From: a virus
Lineage: Duplodnaviria > Caudoviricetes
IMG/VR virus record: IMGVR_UViG_3300014057_000005
Location: 1 to 64,000 of that record
Length of the DNA stretch: 64,000 nucleotides
Strand: one strand, 5' to 3'
Below the pieces are notes generated by a model. The model saw only the letters and a program-made list of their open reading frames with translations, was not told the DNA's origin and searched no databases. Below are positions 59,159-64,000 of the stretch, piece by piece (positions within the stretch are counted from its first letter, which is position 1; each line of letters begins with the position of its first letter). Made by a program: the position numbers and the translations under genes.

Positions 59159-60071
59159 CTCTCTCCTCTCTCTTACAAGCTTTTACATCCGCCTCGTGCA
59201 GTTTTCGAAGCGAGTTGTAAAACTCCTCTCCCAAAAACTTCTTATCCCGTTCTTCTGCTCTTGGCGACTTACTCCATACGAACGGACGCATATGCCAACG
59301 AATCAGATTTGCGACCTCTAATGTGTACTGCACCGTATGTCCGCCAGTAAGAAGATGCGGTAATACATAATAGCTTGAGCAGCAATCGTGCCCGTAGTAG
59401 TGCGCAACGCCGTTCTCATCGAAGGACTGGGTAAATAGCTTCCCATAGTCATGATAAAGAGCCGCGCAGAATAGCTTGGTATCACAAGGGCAACAGTTCC
59501 ATGCCGTGAGTGCGCAGTGTTCGCCGAGCGTATATGGATGGTGAGGATTGCGCTGGTCGAACCCATCAATTTTACGCAAATCCATCATGCCGTCTTTACT
59601 TTGGACGCTTGGCGGCATCAAAAGTTCGATATCGTCCCAACCTTCTTGAAACATAGGTGGGTCGAAACTGGTAAGTTGTCTCGTATACACCTCATCAGGG
59701 ACAACAAACTCGCGTTTTACATTCCGCTCCTTCAACATTTCTACTGGCAAGACAAAACACTTTAATTCCTTGCGACACGGGACTTTGGCAATCTGCTCTA
59801 AGAAAGCCATGCGCCGTTTACGCTTGATGTTGGTCGCGTCATATACAACGGTCTGCCCATTGCGAAGAGCCGCTATAGCGCGACCGTGCAATTCGCTAAA
59901 GACCTGTCTCTGTTCTTTCTGGCTATACCCACCAGAGCCGAAGAGGTTTCGCCGGATTTCATCTGACGATAAGACCACATACTCTGGGTAGACAATTCTC
60001 GCCGAGTGTGCCCAAGACGACTTCCCAGAAGCAGGTAAACCCATTAACATAATCAGTCGTGCTTCTTCCAC
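59148..60071 (-). CDS. Polynucleotide kinase (P-loop) fused to HD phosphohydrolase
   Basis: GLPASGKS, SSDEIR, DATN; HHPYTLGEH, HDYGK, WHM, EAD; GTG start at 60071. Confidence 0.85.
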   Translation of the reverse strand: MEEARLIMLMGLPASGKSSWAHSARIVYPEYVVLSSDEIRRNLFGSGGYSQKEQRQVFSELHGRAIAALRNGQTVVYDATNIKRKRRMAFLEQIAKVPCRKELKCFVLPVEMLKERNVKREFVVPDEVYTRQLTSFDPPMFQEGWDDIELLMPPSVQSKDGMMDLRKIDGFDQRNPHHPYTLGEHCALTAWNCCPCDTKLFCAALYHDYGKLFTQSFDENGVAHYYGHDCCSSYYVLPHLLTGGHTVQYTLEVANLIRWHMRPFVWSKSPRAEERDKKFLGEEFYNSLRKLHEADVKACKREERDGI

Positions 60072-60229
60072 GCCCCCACTCTCCCTCTCGGTTCGCACCT
60101 CTGAACGTAACCGTCCTCGTAGTAAATCTCTGTGCAGTATCCGTCTGTACTTGCATGTGTTACTTCGCCATGTTCTCGGCGGGGATAGAAACGCTTTGGG
60201 TCTTTGTGTTTTCTGTCGTGTCGTCTCAT
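60053..60229 (-). CDS. Small hypothetical protein (58 aa, not in the ORF track)
   Basis: AAGGAG RBS; ATG overlaps the upstream TAA. Confidence 0.5.
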   Translation of the reverse strand: MRRHDRKHKDPKRFYPRREHGEVTHASTDGYCTEIYYEDGYVQRCEPRGRVGAWKKHD

Positions 60230-60402
60230 TATTCTCCTTTGCCAAAGAGGAAAGCTTTGTCGTTACACAGGTCTCTAACGTTCGTTCTCGTGATCCGCCC
60301 AGTATAGAGGCATGACGGGCATCGGTAATATTTAACGATTCGTCCCGGCTCGAAATGGTATGCGCGGTGCATCTTTATACCGCACTTCTTGCAAATCTTC
60401 AT
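60229..60402 (-). CDS. Small Zn-ribbon protein
   Basis: CKKC...CPSC; AAGGAG RBS. Confidence 0.6.
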   Translation of the reverse strand: MKICKKCGIKMHRAYHFEPGRIVKYYRCPSCLYTGRITRTNVRDLCNDKAFLFGKGE

Positions 60403-60413
60403 GCAGGCTCCTT

Positions 60414-60593
60414 TCATTCCTTATCTGGACTATTGTTTTTAATAGGCCAAAAGTATTCGCACCTCTCGCATCCGGGTTCCCTCGGAGTCTCTACAAAATA
60501 CGACTGCCAATAAGGATCTGGCTTTGCAGTAAACCGCCAACACCGATTCCTGTCTCGGCATCCCGCATCCCTACACATCGTAATATCTGGCAT
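60414..60593 (-). CDS. Small Cys-rich phage protein
   Basis: MPDITMC...C...CWRF...QSYF...CEYFW; AAGGAGG RBS. Confidence 0.7.
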   Translation of the reverse strand: MPDITMCRDAGCRDRNRCWRFTAKPDPYWQSYFVETPREPGCERCEYFWPIKNNSPDKE

Positions 60594-60612
60594 CGTCCCC
60601 TCCTTTCGAGAA

Positions 60613-60682
60613 TTAGAGCGGCGGGATTCGAACCCGCATTTGCAGACTACAATTCTGCCCTCCCACCAATGAGTGCACCCTA
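60613..60682 (-). tRNA. tRNA-Thr(UGU), atypical, no encoded CCA
   Basis: Acceptor TAGGGTG/CGCTCTA, anticodon arm GCAGA-ATTGTAG-TCTGC, T arm GCGGG-TTCGAAT-CCCGC. Confidence 0.7.
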
Positions 60683-60763
60683 ACAAACACGCTAACCAAA
60701 AGTGAAATAGTGAGATGTTTTGCTAAAATATGTGACAGTTAGCTAGTTAACGAGTTTTATATG

Positions 60764-61123
60764 ACAACCCGTCACAATAGCAGCCGTGCGATGAATTATC
60801 GAGCAATTGCGTCTCCAACCCCTTAAACGTTCCTCACGGATTTTTGGATTTAGTAAACAATGTTTTCTATTACATATTACATAAACAAGTTCTAATACTT
60901 ACTGAATACTCATTGAACAATAATGAGTAAGCAATAACCAATCCGACGTTCAGTTTGCCATTTTTAAAGCGCATAGCTGTCGCGCTAAAAACGGCTCTTT
61001 TAGAATAATCGTAATCGTACTTGATTATGTAGGGGCGGTTCTTTTTATTGTTTTACTTTGTTCAGACCGCCGAACAGAACAAAGGGACGCAAGTTCATAA
61101 TTTTCGCTACTGTGACAGGTTGT
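60764..61123 (-). ncRNA. Candidate 360-nt structured RNA closed by an 18-bp stem, with a pseudoknot
   Basis: ACAACCTGTCACAGTAGC pairs with GCTATTGTGACGGGTTGT, including two G.U pairs valid only on the - strand. Confidence 0.7.
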
Positions 61124-61132
61124 AGGTCAAGA

Positions 61133-61771
61133 TCAATAACTGATCGTGATCTCGTGTGTTGCGTTTGCGACCTGAATCGCCGCATCAACACCTGCCTCAA
61201 AGGCATCGACCTCATCCTGAAGCTTTTTCGCCTGTGTCATCGCCCCAAGCGGGTCAATCAGAACCACCTGATTGTTCTTCTTGAAGCTCTCGACGAATTC
61301 CATGTAGTCGGCGGAACTCGACTTCTCCTTTGCGCCAAACATTGCGGCGGCGGCGGCTTCTGCGGCGCGATCGAGCTTATCTCCGTTGGCTGCAAGAGCT
61401 TTACCACGGGCGTTTTCATACTGCGTGTTAAGCCTTAAAATCAGCGCACGCTTCCAGCTGTCCGCGAAGTTGTTAAGGAAGATCGCCTGCGCGATGGTGT
61501 ACTCGTGTCCGGCAACAATGATCGTTGTAGACGCGTTGTACTGGCTTACAGCGGCCTTCATAGCTTCATATCGAGCCAGAAGATCGATTGCGGACTGGAA
61601 GTTCGCCTTTGCTGCCTTCTCGAAGGCTTCGATATCAACACCAGCCACCTTTTTTGCAGTAGCCTTGTTCGGCTCAACCGCGTCCAGATCGTTAAGGGCA
61701 CGATCAAATTTCTTTTCAGCGGTTTTAATTTCGCACAGTGCCTGATGGACGGTCATAGTTTCAGTTCTCAT
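61133..61771 (-). CDS. Coiled-coil protein of unknown function (212 aa)
   Basis: MRTETMTVHQALCEIK...YTIAQAI...LIDPL...VDAAIQVANA; GGAGG RBS; true start lies after the tRNA. Confidence 0.8.
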   Translation of the reverse strand: MRTETMTVHQALCEIKTAEKKFDRALNDLDAVEPNKATAKKVAGVDIEAFEKAAKANFQSAIDLLARYEAMKAAVSQYNASTTIIVAGHEYTIAQAIFLNNFADSWKRALILRLNTQYENARGKALAANGDKLDRAAEAAAAAMFGAKEKSSSADYMEFVESFKKNNQVVLIDPLGAMTQAKKLQDEVDAFEAGVDAAIQVANATHEITISY

Positions 61772-61809
61772 ACATTTCCCTCCGTAATAAATACTATTGT
61801 TTTTAGTAA

Positions 61810-61881
61810 CTGGGGTGGCAGGATTCGAACCTGCGCGTGTAGGAGTCAAATTCCTAAGCCTTACCGCTTGGCAACACCCCA
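61810..61881 (-). tRNA. tRNA-Gln(UUG), no encoded CCA
   Basis: TGGGGTG/CACCCCA acceptor, GCCAAGCGGTAAGGC D arm, TAGGA-ATTTGAC-TCCTA anticodon arm, GCAGG-TTCGAAT-CCTGC T arm. Confidence 0.92.
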
Positions 61882-61885
61882 AAAT

Positions 61886-62065
61886 GTCAATCGGAACTGG
61901 ACGACATGTTGCTAGAGTCGTGCATGTGCCTATCTCTAGATTCGGTTGAGTCGCGACCTCAATTGCAATGGTTGTATGGAAAGCGCTGCCCTTTCCCGGA
62001 ATCATTCCGCCGTCGATTTTTGCCTTCACGTCTAAAGGCTTTTTGTTCAACCAGTTCCTTTTGAC
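61886..62065 (-). ncRNA. Candidate 180-nt multibranch RNA at the transcript 5' end
   Basis: Closing stem GTCAA..GGAACTGG/CCAGTTCC..TTGAC enclosing five hairpins; begins at the predicted TSS. Confidence 0.6.
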
Positions 62066-62072
62066 AATAAGG

Positions 62073-62101
62073 ATTATACCATTAGTCCACATGTATGTCA
62101 A
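62073..62101 (-). promoter_or_regulatory. Perfect extended sigma-A promoter
   Basis: TTGACA-17 nt-TATAAT with TG, AT-rich upstream element. Confidence 0.88.
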
Positions 62102-62154
62102 TACTGTTTGGGACTATTTTTATATAATTTTATAAGCGCTCACTTAGGACGACA

Positions 62155-62592
62155 TCATTGCTCGCCAGTGGAACCGAATCCGCCTCCCCCACGCATTGTC
62201 TCATTAAGAGTATAAACCTCTTCGAACTCGACCTGCTCATAAGGAAGAATGACAAGTTGTGCGACACGCTCATCGCGTCTTACCACGCGTACGAACTCAC
62301 TGTCGTTGTGGAGCGCGACCTTAATCTCGCCACGATAGTCAGAATCGATTACGCCTACGCAATTAGCCGGACGCAGCCCCGCCTTACATGCAAGTCCGCT
62401 TCGTGCAAACACCGCTCCGAAGTACCCGTCCGGGATTTCTACAGAGATCCCAGTAGAGATGAACACGGTCTCACCGGGCATTATTGTCGCCGCCTCAAGT
62501 ATGTCTGCGTAGAGATCATAACCTGCGGCGGCTTCCGACCCACGCGTGGGAGCTTTTGCGTTTTTGTCTTCCTTAGTGAATCTGATAATCAT
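62155..62592 (-). CDS. dut: Trimeric dUTPase
   Basis: AAGYDL, RSGLA, GVIDSDYRGEI, RVAQL, RGGGGFGSTG. Confidence 0.95.
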   Translation of the reverse strand: MIIRFTKEDKNAKAPTRGSEAAAGYDLYADILEAATIMPGETVFISTGISVEIPDGYFGAVFARSGLACKAGLRPANCVGVIDSDYRGEIKVALHNDSEFVRVVRRDERVAQLVILPYEQVEFEEVYTLNETMRGGGGFGSTGEQ

Positions 62593-63205
62593 CAAAGAGC
62601 GGCACCTTCTTTCCTGTTCTGGCATCGATTGCCGAGTTGTCTGAGCGGTTACTGAAACCGTCTGTATACTTCTTCCGCGCCTTCTGGAATGCGCTACTAT
62701 ATACATAACCGCACGTTTTCATTTCGGGGCAGAATCCGCGATACACACATTCCGGTACAAGTACGGAGCCAAAAATAGGATCATATCTGGCAATCAGACG
62801 CTTCAGCTGTAACATGTATTCTCTTGTCTCTGGTGCCGCCTGCCTGCACAGACGTTTCCTCGCCATGTTGATAAGAGCCTGCGCGTTTGCCTGCCCTTCG
62901 AGATTTACAGGCGCATCCTGTGGCAGCTCGCTCCTCGGTGTCCCTTCCTTCGTTCTATCGCTACGCTGGGTTTTACACCACCAAAGGGTATGGACGTGCC
63001 TTACGAAGTGCATCGCGACCCAATAAGGGATGTCTACCCATCGCCATTTCACCTCGTACTGGCGAATCGGGCTGTGCTCCGCCATAAAGAGTTTGCGTTT
63101 CCACTCGTCTGACGGATCCTTGCCTTTCTCGAGCTTGCCAATCGTGACCATACAGCTCTCTTTGATTTCGTTCCAATTGTTTCTAATAATAAATTTGTCA
63201 ATCAT
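62573..63205 (-). CDS. thyX: Flavin-dependent thymidylate synthase
   Basis: EHSP, HFVRH...TQR, RLCRQAAPETR, CPE. Confidence 0.85.
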   Translation of the reverse strand: MIDKFIIRNNWNEIKESCMVTIGKLEKGKDPSDEWKRKLFMAEHSPIRQYEVKWRWVDIPYWVAMHFVRHVHTLWWCKTQRSDRTKEGTPRSELPQDAPVNLEGQANAQALINMARKRLCRQAAPETREYMLQLKRLIARYDPIFGSVLVPECVYRGFCPEMKTCGYVYSSAFQKARKKYTDGFSNRSDNSAIDARTGKKVPLFDDYQIH

Positions 63206-63220
63206 AAAACTCCCCCTTCC

Positions 63221-63694
63221 CTAACTTATTCTTCTGGCGTATTGGTTGCCAGACGCGAGAGTAACGCCGAGCACCTTATCGAAATGCGGTTCATCGCCCG
63301 GAATGTAACGCCCGAATTTAACGACAATGTTGGCAAATTTTTTTAGCTCTTCGAGCTTGTCCGCAATCTCATTCTCATAGTAGCCAGTGTAAATGACGAT
63401 GTCGTCTTTGGTGTACTGACGCAGCATAGACACGAGGAATTTAAGGTCTTCCCACGAATCAAACGGTTCAAGCCCTTGCATCACAATTGCCTCAGATATC
63501 ATGTTGGAGCGATACATCTCAACAAGGTCGTAGGTAATAATGTCAACGTCCGGCTCGTGAGCCAGCATACCGTTATGGCAGACTGGCTCGCCGCATTCTT
63601 GCTCGCATTTGAAATCGCAGTAGGGAAATTGAATCACCATTGCCGGAACTTTATAGTTCACAAAGTCCTCAGCAATCACTCCCTTAATTTTCAT
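63221..63694 (-). CDS. nrdG: Anaerobic RNR activase (radical SAM)
   Basis: CDFKC.......CHN, GLEP, IYTGY, KFGRY, ASGNQ; adjacent to nrdD. Confidence 0.85.
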   Translation of the reverse strand: MKIKGVIAEDFVNYKVPAMVIQFPYCDFKCEQECGEPVCHNGMLAHEPDVDIITYDLVEMYRSNMISEAIVMQGLEPFDSWEDLKFLVSMLRQYTKDDIVIYTGYYENEIADKLEELKKFANIVVKFGRYIPGDEPHFDKVLGVTLASGNQYARRIS

Positions 63695-64000
63695 GCGATA
63701 TCCCCCGCTGTTTTGTTAATAGGTTCCCAACGCCTCATACCATACTCTGCGGTGCGCTCGGTTGACCACGTCTTGGTCTTTGTGTAGAAACCAACGATCC
63801 GCGTGTATTCCGAATCGACAGGATTCCCACATTCCGGGCAAACCTTACCGTAAAAGGCGTGATTGTGCTTGCAAGCTTGGATTTTTGTATTGAACGCAAA
63901 GTACGTGACTCCTTGGTCGGAGATGTAGTTTGTCATCTTCCAAGCCTTGTCGAAGCTGTCAAACGGCGCGTCAATGTTGGCGTGGAGAATTGACCCGCCA
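63691..64000 (-). CDS. nrdD: Class III ribonucleotide reductase, C-terminal part (runs off the window)
   Basis: TYFAFN, C..H....CPEC, glycyl radical motif RIVGF. Confidence 0.88.
   Translation of the reverse strand, partial: GGSILHANIDAPFDSFDKAWKMTNYISDQGVTYFAFNTKIQACKHNHAFYGKVCPECGNPVDSEYTRIVGFYTKTKTWSTERTAEYGMRRWEPINKTAGDIA

Noticed and set aside
61772-62101. N-terminal 110 aa of ORF 61133..62101
   Set aside because: Runs through a promoter, a structured RNA and tRNA-Gln; the real RBS and ATG are at 61771
1-64000. Stop-codon reassignment
   Set aside because: Genes are full length in the standard code, all three stop codons are used, and there is no suppressor tRNA

Overview
The window is about 64 kb of a large temperate siphovirus of Bacillota (probably a Clostridia/Lachnospiraceae host) with SPbeta-like gene order and no bacterial housekeeping DNA. 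The left end is non-coding (1-2100), with a G/C skew switch, G-quadruplex-capable tracts, a phased array of 13 palindromic sites and divergent sigma-A promoters. The + strand then carries a Rha::truncated-TnpB fusion, a YonO-like single-subunit RNA polymerase, a Zn-finger protein, two tRNA-like RNAs with shortened anticodon arms, a beta-CASP nuclease, ClpP, a phosphoesterase and HU. These are followed by the terminase, portal, head and tail genes, a tape measure gene split by a 311-nt group I intron, the fibre/baseplate genes and the lysis cassette. Beyond a likely attP (ychF-like core) the - strand carries integrase, excisionase, small early genes, RNA ligase, Pnk-HD, two tRNAs, dUTPase, ThyX, NrdG and part of NrdD. 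The three most unusual items are a promoter-driven - strand RNA cluster (180-nt multibranch RNA, tRNA-Gln, coiled-coil protein, 360-nt pseudoknotted RNA, tRNA-Thr) upstream of the RNA repair genes, the RuvC-less TnpB module fused to Rha, and the two short-anticodon-arm tRNA mimics. All family assignments come from motifs and synteny read by eye; no searches were run.
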